Shown here piece by piece: positions 52,730 through 62,403 of a DNA stretch of 64,000 bases. The position numbers and the translations under genes are program-made. The notes under the pieces are model-generated. The model worked only from the letters and a program-made list of their open reading frames with translations. It was not told where the DNA came from and did not search any database. This DNA is from Bdellovibrionota bacterium (GTDB lineage: Bacteria > Bdellovibrionota_C > UBA2361 > JAFLCA01): assembly GCA_030584005.1 (NCBI GenBank), contig CP129486.1, positions 435,556-499,555 on the forward strand. The letters are read 5' to 3'. Position 1 is the first letter of the stretch. Each line of letters starts with the position of its first letter.

Positions 52730-54173
52730 GTGCGGGATTTACTGACTTCCCTGCACCATATGCCCCAACTCTCCACCAGTGGTCTTTCGACAACATTCTT
52801 ACCCAGCTCCGCGCAACCCCCCGTCGCGCCCCTACCAGTACGCATCCCTACTCGCGATGAGATCCGAGGATCAGCAACACTACCAGAGCGCGCCGCAGAG
52901 CATCTAGTCCTAGGATTTCGAAATATTATTAGTGCACTGGAAGGTCGCACCGAGCCAATCATCTCAGTGTACGGCAGTGCGCGATTGAACAGCGGACATC
53001 CCGCCTATGAAGCCGCGCGTGAACTCGCTCGCCAGATGGCTATCGGCGGCTGGTCGGTACTTACTGGAGCAGGACCCGGGATCATGGAAGCGGCGAATCG
53101 GGGCGCCTACGAAGCCCGACAATCAAAAGCCGGTCTTTGGGGGTAAAGGTCGATCTCCCCCGTGAGGGCCAGGTCAACCCGTATGTGAACGAGATGTATG
53201 CATACGTATATGATTTTTTTGTCCGGAAGGTGCTGCTCATTAAACCATGCAGCGCAATCGCACTCTGCACAGGCGGATACGGAACCCTCGATGAAGGGTT
53301 CGAGGTGCTCAATCTGATCTCCAAGGGGAGTGTCAAGCCCATCACATTTAAGGACGGCTCAGTAGGTCCAATGCCGGTGGTAGGAGTGGGCAAGGAATTT
53401 TGGCAGCCACTCAAGATGCGTTTGGCGAGCATTTCAAATCGCAGGGTGGCTCGGGTGCGCCGGATAATATCGATCTCCTGCAGATCGCATCAAGCGCAGA
53501 GGAGGCTGCAGCGCAGCTCCTCAAGGCCGGTATCTCACCCAAGCGTGTGCAGGTTGACGACGAGATGGCCTTCAAGGTGTGGGGAGACCTTGAAGCCGGG
53601 TTCAAAACTCTTGAGTCAGTGGGACCTCGCGTCGCCATATACGGAAGCAGCAAACATGCCCCCAATGACCCCTTTTGCAAACTTGCCGGCCGACTAGGGC
53701 ACCTTCTGGGTGAGGAGAAGATTCCCGTAGTGACTTGCGGAGCTTCCGCTCTCACCAATTCGGTTAACGCGGCAGCAAAGTTCGCGGGAGGGCGATCTGT
53801 AGGCATCAGCAGTCAACACGAACCCTCTCCTAATGGACACGTCACTGACTCAATTCGAACCACTTACAATTGCACGGCTAAGGTGTTGGCCACTCGAGGC
53901 GCCACCACATCGATATTCTTCCCCGGTGGATTCCAGACAATGGATGCTGTTTTTGAGGTGCTCACCCTGCATCAAACTGGCAAATCAGACGAAACTCCAA
54001 CTGTATTCGTTGGCAGGCCCTGGCATGTTGTCAAAGCCGGGCTTAAGACCATGCTCGATGCGGGGACAATCGAGAAGCGTGACATCGATAGGATCATGGT
54101 CGTTGAAAAGGCCGAGCACGCATTTGATATCGCTAGGGCTTCAGTCCAGAAAGCGCGTCAGCAGCTCGCATAA
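52730..54173 (+). pseudogene. two-domain LOG-family (TIGR00730-like) gene with two frameshifts
   Basis: first LOG domain split across ORFs 52730..53146, 53137..53697 (GAGPGIMEAAN; PVVGVGKEFWQPL); second degenerate LOG-like domain in 53400..54173 (PGGFQTMDAVFE). Confidence 0.55.
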
Positions 54174-54330
54174 TCGAATGATATTGCCAATCCACGCTCG
54201 TGGGGGAAAAGGCTAGAAGCTATTTTCTAAATAGCTTACAGCTTGCGACACCGAGCCGGGGCACTTTAGGCCCCCCGACGAAGCTTGGAGCGCTTTTTAA
54301 ATGGGCAGGCGGCCATTTAAAAAATAAATT

Positions 54331-55122
54331 CTAGTGGGTTGAACTATCAACAGTTCGTGCGCCCTCATTGGGAGGAATCGCGGTGACACTCCTGCCCTTT
54401 CGCCTCATAACCCAGATGCAGGGACCACTCGCTACGTAACCAGCGGCGAGGCACAGCAGGCCCAGTTGGTGATTGTACCAGATCAAAGCAATCAGAGCCC
54501 CCATCGCCACAAACACGGGCAGCGGGAGGTGTTGGATCTGGATCTTCTTAATGCTTACAAACTCAACCTTCGACACCATCAAGAAGGCAAGCAGCAGCAT
54601 CAGCACGGATGCAACAGTAAGAAAAATCATATCCATCTTAAGGTCCGGCGCGTAGTGTACCGTTGCCGCCACGAGCCCCGCTGCAGCCGGCGTAGGGAGC
54701 CCTTGAAATGTCTTTAAATTCTCGGCTGATAAGTTGAAGCGGGCCAACCGAGTTGCTGCTCCCAGCGCAAACATGAAGCTCACGAACACTCCCCACTCAT
54801 CCGCCAAGGCTCGGAATCCCCAGTGATACACCACCATTGCAGGAGCAACGCCAAAGCTCACAAAATCTGCAAACGAGTCAAACTCTCCACCAAACTTCGA
54901 AGTGGCGTTGAAGCGCCTCGCTACCCGACCATCGAGGCCATCAAAAAGAATTGCTAACCCTATGGCGAGAACCGCCTTCTCGTGACGGGCAGTGGCTGCA
55001 TATATGATCGCCAGAAAGCCGCAAAACATGCTGGCAAGTGTGACAAGGTTGGGGAGAATGTATCGGCGGCGATACAAGCGCTCCCGCAGATCGATGGGAT
55101 TTAATTTTCTCGACATGACCAT
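54331..55122 (-). CDS. pssA: CDP-diacylglycerol--serine O-phosphatidyltransferase (CDP-alcohol phosphatidyltransferase family)
   Basis: DGLDGRVAR...G...D...D motif; multiple TM segments. Confidence 0.8.
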   Translation of the reverse strand: MVMSRKLNPIDLRERLYRRRYILPNLVTLASMFCGFLAIIYAATARHEKAVLAIGLAILFDGLDGRVARRFNATSKFGGEFDSFADFVSFGVAPAMVVYHWGFRALADEWGVFVSFMFALGAATRLARFNLSAENLKTFQGLPTPAAAGLVAATVHYAPDLKMDMIFLTVASVLMLLLAFLMVSKVEFVSIKKIQIQHLPLPVFVAMGALIALIWYNHQLGLLCLAAGYVASGPCIWVMRRKGRSVTAIPPNEGARTVDSSTH

Positions 55123-55447
55123 AGTGCACTGAACGGCTTCTTAGATTCTTTCTAAGGATATACTGAAGAAGTGCCCTCCAAGACCCTTATTTAGACTCTC
55201 CACACTACGCCCGCGCGCGGCGTAGCACGGGCTTACACTTAGGTTTCAGTCCTAGCGCACGCCATCCGGGCGCGCGCTAGGGATGCGCTGAACTTGTTCA
55301 GCGTATCCCTAAGACCAGATCCGGAAATAGGCCGTAGCCGATTTCCGGATGCACTCTAGCAGTTACCACCGGGACAACTGCCCCCAATGTTCCCCTATCT
55401 TACCAGACCCGACTCTAAGCACCAACAGAGCGGCCACCCGAGCTCTA

Positions 55448-57379
55448 TCAGGCGTCCGGGCCTCTCTCCTTGAGTACGCTCTCTACCGCCATAATCTCCC
55501 CCCCGGTGCTTTGAATCTTCTCAAGTAACTTGACGTATACTCGCACCCGGCTGGGCGAGAGGCCCGGGCTTAAACCCTCCAAGATCCATAACGCTGCTGC
55601 CGGATCTGCTACAGTGAGCAAGGACCTAAACAGAGTTATCCTCCTTCTTTCGGCCAGAAAGAGCCTCTGAAAAGGAAATCCCGCGCGATACTCACCAAAA
55701 CCGATGTCAATGAAATACCTGTACAGCTCCGCCTCGGCATCTGTTGCAAACACGCTTTCAGGAAGATCCCGACAACGGCGGCTCCATAGTTCGCCTAAGC
55801 GAATTCCCTGCACGATGAGCTCCGCCGCCTCGGGATCATAGCGCTGCCCCCGACACTCCGGACAAAGCATGGCGGTAACATCGGCGACAGCAAGGGTCCT
55901 GCCAGCTCCCGCACAGTATCGGCACAAATGACTGCCATGCGGGAAAGCGATCGTATCGGCAGTTATCCCTAGAACACGCGCTTCAATGGTGCTTGAGAAA
56001 TGTGGGGCAATCAGGTCATGAAAGCCAGAGGCGACTAAAAGCGGTTGTGCCCCGCTCATTCTGCGCTTCTGTTCACATAACTGCCCGATATCCAGCACTC
56101 GTCTTGATGAGGTCACCGCTTCCCGCTGATTGGGCTTGGTCAAGAATACAACTGGCCCTTTATCTGTGCGCTCTCTCTGTTTGACGGCCGAGAGAGCATC
56201 GAGGTGTTCCGCACAGCGCGCACTGGGACCTCCAAGAACATGGAGCCTCGCCCCTTTTGAGCCCAACAACTGCACAGCACGGTTGAGGGCGGGCCACCTA
56301 TCCTTTTCCACATAGCTCCAGAGATCCTCTACGATTACCCGCACACCTGCCAACGCGAATCGGGCCATGGTCGAACCATCAAGGAGCATCAGCTGTGTCA
56401 ACCCAAGATCCTCAAGTTTTGTGCTGAGCGAGAGTTCCCCCAACCCAAAATCACACAACCCGGAAAGGGTGCTCCGCAAATCCCAGGCGCCCTGTGGGGT
56501 GGATTTCTCTAACAGGGCAAGCAATGAAGACACTGGCTGCTCCAAGAGGAGCTTGAGGCCCATACCGCCCAACCGATACTCAAACTGGGAGGAGCAAAGA
56601 TCACGCGGTCTAAGGGATTCAATCGGAACACGCACAGCGCAGTTCGAGCAAGAACATTGGAAGGGAAAGAAGCCAATGTCATCGATGACCTTGCGATCGC
56701 GAGATGCCATCACCAGTCTGCCGCCGAGCTTCAATGCTGCCAATGTATGTGCTACTCGCTCCTCCTCGCCGGGGGCAAGTGGTAGTGTCACGCTTGTGAT
56801 CACTGCGTCTAGAGCTTCGCGATCCGACGCCTCATCCTTCCGGAGCAGCCTGTTCTGCGACACATAGTACTCGACCGCAGAAAGCTCAGGCACGAGTTCT
56901 CGCTTGACTACAAACAGCAGCACTCCCTGCGCTTGTAATTCTCTGACTACCCTGTGCCATGGGACACATTCCGCCGGCGCATTGCACACAGTGCATGTCA
57001 ATAGGCCCTGCGTAGTCACTAGCGTTCCAAGCGCACTGCCCAAAGAGAGATAGCCCTCCAAGGTATGCGTGCCCACTACTGTGCGGGCACTCCAGGACAA
57101 GACAGGTGTTTCATCCGGGAACTGGAGGATCCCGTCTGCGAATTCGTGCAGTCCCGGTTCAAGCTCTCCTGAAGTGGACTCAAGCCGTTGACTTACATTA
57201 GTGCCGGGATCGAATCGAAATCGATCCATGAGGAGCATACCCCCTTGCGCTTCAAATTCGGGAGAAGTTACGTTCATGTCATCAGAACATTGGCTCACAG
57301 CCACGCATGGCTGCATCCTTAAACGATTGCACGGCACGCCCGCTCTGGATGGGGGAAGAATAAGGCGATGAACACACAC
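55448..57379 (-). CDS. UvrA-like protein lacking recognisable Walker A motifs (degenerate excinuclease ABC subunit A paralogue)
   Basis: CRYCAGAG-x17-CPECRGQRY zinc finger typical of UvrA; DFGLGELSLSTKLEDL signature-region-like; no G-x4-GK[ST] anywhere in 643 aa. Confidence 0.45.
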   Translation of the reverse strand: MCVHRLILPPSRAGVPCNRLRMQPCVAVSQCSDDMNVTSPEFEAQGGMLLMDRFRFDPGTNVSQRLESTSGELEPGLHEFADGILQFPDETPVLSWSARTVVGTHTLEGYLSLGSALGTLVTTQGLLTCTVCNAPAECVPWHRVVRELQAQGVLLFVVKRELVPELSAVEYYVSQNRLLRKDEASDREALDAVITSVTLPLAPGEEERVAHTLAALKLGGRLVMASRDRKVIDDIGFFPFQCSCSNCAVRVPIESLRPRDLCSSQFEYRLGGMGLKLLLEQPVSSLLALLEKSTPQGAWDLRSTLSGLCDFGLGELSLSTKLEDLGLTQLMLLDGSTMARFALAGVRVIVEDLWSYVEKDRWPALNRAVQLLGSKGARLHVLGGPSARCAEHLDALSAVKQRERTDKGPVVFLTKPNQREAVTSSRRVLDIGQLCEQKRRMSGAQPLLVASGFHDLIAPHFSSTIEARVLGITADTIAFPHGSHLCRYCAGAGRTLAVADVTAMLCPECRGQRYDPEAAELIVQGIRLGELWSRRCRDLPESVFATDAEAELYRYFIDIGFGEYRAGFPFQRLFLAERRRITLFRSLLTVADPAAALWILEGLSPGLSPSRVRVYVKLLEKIQSTGGEIMAVESVLKERGPDA

Positions 57380-57894
57380 GCATTTACATTACTATCTGCT
57401 CTCCCTCGATCACACTGAGTGTTTCCCCTAGCTGCAATATCGAATGAGACCAATCCCATAGCAGGAAAAAGTATAGGTAAATGTTGAAAAATTCCAGCAG
57501 GCAGTGCAACTAAGGCGCAGGATGAACTATGCTCTTTGACGCTGTTAGAGTTAACAGTCGTCCCTCGAGATCTCCTCCGTCCCTGGGAACGAAGAGCCCC
57601 GTAGTTGAAATTCGCATTGAAAGTACGGGCAGTTGCTGCGAAAAGCGCTCCTATAGCATTAGGTGATCCCGACATGACATGGTTGTGACCAAGGCATTCT
57701 AGCCCTGGAATAGATTTTGCTTTCGACAGACCATGGTCCTGTATGTACAATCTCCTGTCTGAAGGGGGGAGGCTAACTACCGCGGCTCATTCAAGGTGAT
57801 ATGTCCTTATCTCGATTCTGCGGCGGTTGATGGTAATTTGTCTGATATACTGCAGCAAAAGTGCTCGACACAATTGCTCTGAACAGATGTAGAT

Positions 57895-58581
57895 ATGGAA
57901 CAACAAACACCACCTTCTGTTCGCGTTGTACTAAGCGACGACCATGCGATCGTTCGCCACGCGATACGCACTATTATTGAAGCATCGCCTCGTTTCCAAG
58001 TTGTTGGAGAAGCAGATGATGCTTACTCTACTATGGAATTGCTTGCATCTGCGCAGCCCGATGTCCTCATTCTGGATCTCGGGCTTCCTGGGAAAAGCGG
58101 CTTGGAGGTGCTTTACGAAATTAAGGCACGAAAGTTGCCTACAAAGCTAATCATCCTGAGCATGTTTGATGACGAGCTTAAGGTAAGGCAGGCGCTTGCA
58201 GCGGGTGCACATGCATACTTAGTGAAGGACTCCAGCCCTGCTGATCTGCTGGCTGCGCTCGATGCGGTCCTGCGAGGAAACCGTTTTGTGGCGAGGCGCT
58301 TCCAACATCTTTTGGATCGTTTTAAAGAGGATGCTTCGACTAATGGGCGCTCTCCGGATCCTGGGCTTGCGCTCGATCCCCTGGGAATACTGAGTGATCG
58401 CGAACGCGAGATCTTTTATCTTTTGGCGGACGGGCTGCCCAATCGTGTTATCGCCAAGAAGCTGTTCATAAGTCCCCGCACGGTAGAAACGCACCGTGCT
58501 CGCATTCTGAAGAAATTGAACTTTTCTTCAACTGCCGAGCTTGTACGATACGCCATTCGAAATAATCTGTTGAGTGTGTAA
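57895..58581 (+). CDS. two-component response regulator, NarL/FixJ (LuxR-type HTH) family
   Basis: RVVLSDDHAIVR...DVLILDLGLPG receiver; C-terminal LSDREREIFYLLADGLPNRVIAKKLFISPRTVETHR. Confidence 0.9.
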   Translation: MEQQTPPSVRVVLSDDHAIVRHAIRTIIEASPRFQVVGEADDAYSTMELLASAQPDVLILDLGLPGKSGLEVLYEIKARKLPTKLIILSMFDDELKVRQALAAGAHAYLVKDSSPADLLAALDAVLRGNRFVARRFQHLLDRFKEDASTNGRSPDPGLALDPLGILSDREREIFYLLADGLPNRVIAKKLFISPRTVETHRARILKKLNFSSTAELVRYAIRNNLLSV

Positions 58582-58704
58582 GAATACGGCCCACGTTATC
58601 TACGGGTAGCCGATCTTTTGAGGCCAGCCTGGTTTCTCTGGCAATCTCGGCTGCATAGGCACAATCGCGGGTAGGCCCCGACACTGTTCTATTTAGGTGT
58701 ATAT

Positions 58705-60189
58705 TTGAAGACGTTCCCCTCCATTATCCCGACAGGGCGTAATAGGATGCCCTGGTCAAGGGTGCGATCTAATCTTACCTGGCGCGGTTTAATCGTGCTG
58801 TTCTTTGGACTGTATCTGCTCCTCGGGCCGGTCAAGCAGAGTCACGATGTTGTCGCTGCGATGATTGGGGTTGGGTTGCTGGTCCTTCTGGGTGTCGTCC
58901 TAGGGGCGACTTTGTTCACCGGTTTTCGGCGCAGACAACAAACCTTGGCCACACTGCATGGGGGTTTTGGGAATCTGGATTTCGGAAGTTGGTCCATTCT
59001 GCCAAGCAGGAATACACCTCACCTGCTGACGCTGGAGCTTCATGAGATTGGCGTTCCGCCGGGCTATCACCTAGTCATTGCGCCGATGTGCACGCCCTCC
59101 CTTGTGCCTGAAGTGCGGGTGGTAATTCCATCAAACGCACAGCGGGAGGTGCGCATCCCCTTCCAGATCTCTTTCCCTCACCGGGGCGTCTGGCACTTCC
59201 ATGCCCTCGACTGTGCTCTTCGTGACAACTTTGGACTGACAGCATTCCATTGGAGGGTTGGATTCGATGTCACCACGGAAGTCACCGTGGTCCCACCGTT
59301 CCAAGAGAATTCTGAGACTCCTATGTACACATCAGCAAGCCGTGAGGGTGACCTAATGACCTCACCCTATAACCGACACGGCGATCCGTTTGATATAAAA
59401 CCCTACCATCCATCGGATGGCATGAGAAAAATCCTCTGGAAGTTGTACGCAAAGCGTCGAGAGTTGCATGCGCGGCATCCGGAGTTTGCGGCGAGCCCCG
59501 AGGGTTTGTCGGCAATCATCGTTTGGGCTGACATAGATGAGGATGCTGTGTGCAGCGAAGCGCTTTCTTACACAAAGAAGCTCTTCGATGCAGAGATTGG
59601 CGTGCGCGGATTGGCCAAGTTGTCGAATGGTCCTCAGATTGCAGCATCCCCAGATGAACTTCTTGCGTTGTGCTCGCGTTTTTCCGTCACCGATGCGCCT
59701 TCTGGTTATGCTCTTGAACCTGAGCCGAGCACCCCTCAGGAGGTCGTGGAGCGACTTTGTGCCCATAACGAATTACAAAGGGCCATTATTTTCTGCTCGA
59801 GCCGGTGCACCCATGAGGACAAGGGCAGCCTGGAAAAGATAGGAACACTCCTTAGTGCACGCGGAGTGAAACCGGTGTTTGTCGTCGTCTCTCCAAGCGC
59901 CAGGCAATCGGAGGGTGGTAACGACAGAGCAAAAGCGGAGGGGCTCCTCTCTATGCTTTTTTATCCGGAGGAAAGGCACAGCCCATCGACCCTGCTGCAG
60001 CCAGCGCTCGACTTCATACAGATATGCTACAAACATGACTGGATGATCGAAGTGCCGGCGGCAGAGCTGCCCGTTCAGGACTCCAGCTCCTCTGGTCCTA
60101 CTCTGGCATACTCGGCTCCTCAATCGTATAAAATGGGGGTGGCGGCCAAACCAGGAGGTGCTCCCTCTTCACAGGCCGGAGATTCTTAG
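58705..60189 (+). CDS. DUF58-domain protein (MoxR-associated family)
   Basis: GDPFDIKPYHPSDGMRKILWKLYAKRRELHAR matches DUF58 core; N-terminal TM pair. Confidence 0.65.
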   Translation: MKTFPSIIPTGRNRMPWSRVRSNLTWRGLIVLFFGLYLLLGPVKQSHDVVAAMIGVGLLVLLGVVLGATLFTGFRRRQQTLATLHGGFGNLDFGSWSILPSRNTPHLLTLELHEIGVPPGYHLVIAPMCTPSLVPEVRVVIPSNAQREVRIPFQISFPHRGVWHFHALDCALRDNFGLTAFHWRVGFDVTTEVTVVPPFQENSETPMYTSASREGDLMTSPYNRHGDPFDIKPYHPSDGMRKILWKLYAKRRELHARHPEFAASPEGLSAIIVWADIDEDAVCSEALSYTKKLFDAEIGVRGLAKLSNGPQIAASPDELLALCSRFSVTDAPSGYALEPEPSTPQEVVERLCAHNELQRAIIFCSSRCTHEDKGSLEKIGTLLSARGVKPVFVVVSPSARQSEGGNDRAKAEGLLSMLFYPEERHSPSTLLQPALDFIQICYKHDWMIEVPAAELPVQDSSSSGPTLAYSAPQSYKMGVAAKPGGAPSSQAGDS

Positions 60190-60204
60190 AAAAGCCAACT
60201 ATAA

Positions 60205-62403
60205 ATGCCCGCGGTCTCCCATCCTCAGCTCTCCTCACCCCAGCAGCGCCGCTTCGTCGTGGTAGTTGTCCTTTTGCGCTGTCTTCTCGTGGCCGGGGTG
60301 CTCATGACATTGCGCTGGGTCATCAACCTATCGACGCCTGCGGTCCTGCTTCTGATCCCATCCCTTCTCGCTGTCCTTGGCGGTACGCGGATTGCCTTTA
60401 GTCGGCTGAGAGGGCGCGGATTAGTCATGCTCGTAATGATCGCCGCCGTGGCTTACGTCGCGCTGAAGTCCCTTCTCTTGTCATTCCCACGTTGGATCGG
60501 GGGCGGTTCTTTTCAGTTGTTGGATCTATTTTGGCACCTCGACACAATCGTCACCGCACTCATTATTACCTTTTTGAGCACGGTACTATTCTGGCGTGCT
60601 CGCTGGGTAGCAACAGCGGAGGCTCTGCTTTTCTCCGCAGGATGCATCACGCTCTTTTCGACTCACAGAAATTTCCGCCTTGACCTGCCGAGGGCCATTA
60701 ATGATATCTCGTGGTACTTTGGTCTTACCCCTCTCTCCACTCTCATTATCTTTGCCGGTGGGTGCCTGACCATCCTCATCGCCTACTTTCTTTGCGCGAG
60801 CTCTCCCAAGCGGCCAATCGCACGACTTGACCTTCCGCTGACCATTTTTGCTAGAACGAGGGCCTCGCGTCTGTCCACTTCAGCAGTAAGCGCAATCGCT
60901 GCGGTGACCGCGGTCATGCTCGGTATACAAGTGTATCGCCAGTACAATATCGCCGCAGGATCAAGACTTGCTAACGGTGTCGGGCAGGAAGATAGTGCGG
61001 GGCTTTCTCCCTTGGGATTTCACTCGGCGTTGGGCAGCACTAATCAACCTGCCGCCCTGGTACGGCTTGAGGGAGACTATAGCGAGAACCCCTTCTCCCC
61101 CATGATGTATCTGCGTGAAGGCGCACTCTCTGATTTCAATGGAACAGAGATTGTGATTGCCAAAGAGGGGTACGATCCTGATGTGCCGAGGCTCATGCCC
61201 GAGCAGGCTTTTGATCTAGAAGCTCCGAACGACAGGACGGGGCGAACAGAGGTCGTGCAATCCGTGTACCTGCTGGCTGATCATAAGCTGGCTTTTGCCC
61301 TCGATTATCCACTACGTTACGCTCGGCTTAAGAATCCAAACCCGGGGAGATTCAAGCGTGCCTATCGTGCAGTGTCCCTGGCACCAGCCTTCACTTTGGC
61401 CGCGCTTGAAGCCTTTGAGGTGGGAGACCCCTCATGGACTCCTGAGGTGCTGCAGCACTACCTGGAACCGCATAGTGACAGTCGATACTCGGAGATGGCA
61501 TTCCGACTAACTGAGGACGCCGCCTCGCCCATTGCCAAGGCGCAGCTCATTGTCGAGTACCTGAATGCAAATACAATCTACACTCTAACTCCAAAGCACG
61601 AAGTTGAGAAGGGAGCTGACCCCGTAGCTCCCTACCTATTTGGGGACATGCGTGGGTACTGCGTCCATTTCGCTCATGCGATGGTATACATGTTCCGTGC
61701 ATTGGGAATTCCCGCACGCATCGGAACGGGATACCTCACCGATCTATCCCAGGCCCGTGATGGTCACATACTGTTGAGAATGAGTGATCGACACGCATGG
61801 TCGGAGATTTACATAACCGGAATCGGCTGGGTGCCCTTTGATCTTCAGCCTCAACAGGTAGAAAGCCACGCAGACACGGAGGTCGACATGCATCTCCTAG
61901 AGGAGCTGATGGGAATGATCGATCCTGCCGAAGAAATCCTCCCGCGGCCGACCGGCGATGACAGGGAATCAGAAGCGCAATGGCCAGTGCCATCATTAGA
62001 TTCCATTCTCATCGTCATTGCTGGCTGTTTGTTGGTTCTCGTCGCGATTAAGGTGTGGTTTGTAGAGCGCTGGAGGTTTGCCTCCAGCCCTAATCGGCGA
62101 ATACGCTGGTGGTATCAGCGGGTCACGTTGCTTCTCGGCGAAATGGGGATGGTGCGTGCATTCGGTGAAACACGCTCGGAGTTCCGCGAACGCATTAGCC
62201 GCACCCTGGGTTACGACCCGTTATCGACGACACCGCTATTCTTGCGGTCGTGCTATGGGCGTTCACTGGTCTCCGAGGCGGAGAGTCGACATGCTATTCG
62301 CTCCGACCGATCTATCCTCGACGCTCGCCCCCGCTGGCTACGAATATGTACCTACCTAAGTCCCGGCGGAGCTCTTCGTGTGCTTATGGGAAAACCGCTA
62401 TGA
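60205..62403 (+). CDS. membrane-anchored transglutaminase-like (TgpA-like) protein
   Basis: multi-TM N-terminus; catalytic triad context GYCVHFAHAMV ... DRHAWSEIY ... D. Confidence 0.7.
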   Translation: MPAVSHPQLSSPQQRRFVVVVVLLRCLLVAGVLMTLRWVINLSTPAVLLLIPSLLAVLGGTRIAFSRLRGRGLVMLVMIAAVAYVALKSLLLSFPRWIGGGSFQLLDLFWHLDTIVTALIITFLSTVLFWRARWVATAEALLFSAGCITLFSTHRNFRLDLPRAINDISWYFGLTPLSTLIIFAGGCLTILIAYFLCASSPKRPIARLDLPLTIFARTRASRLSTSAVSAIAAVTAVMLGIQVYRQYNIAAGSRLANGVGQEDSAGLSPLGFHSALGSTNQPAALVRLEGDYSENPFSPMMYLREGALSDFNGTEIVIAKEGYDPDVPRLMPEQAFDLEAPNDRTGRTEVVQSVYLLADHKLAFALDYPLRYARLKNPNPGRFKRAYRAVSLAPAFTLAALEAFEVGDPSWTPEVLQHYLEPHSDSRYSEMAFRLTEDAASPIAKAQLIVEYLNANTIYTLTPKHEVEKGADPVAPYLFGDMRGYCVHFAHAMVYMFRALGIPARIGTGYLTDLSQARDGHILLRMSDRHAWSEIYITGIGWVPFDLQPQQVESHADTEVDMHLLEELMGMIDPAEEILPRPTGDDRESEAQWPVPSLDSILIVIAGCLLVLVAIKVWFVERWRFASSPNRRIRWWYQRVTLLLGEMGMVRAFGETRSEFRERISRTLGYDPLSTTPLFLRSCYGRSLVSEAESRHAIRSDRSILDARPRWLRICTYLSPGGALRVLMGKPL

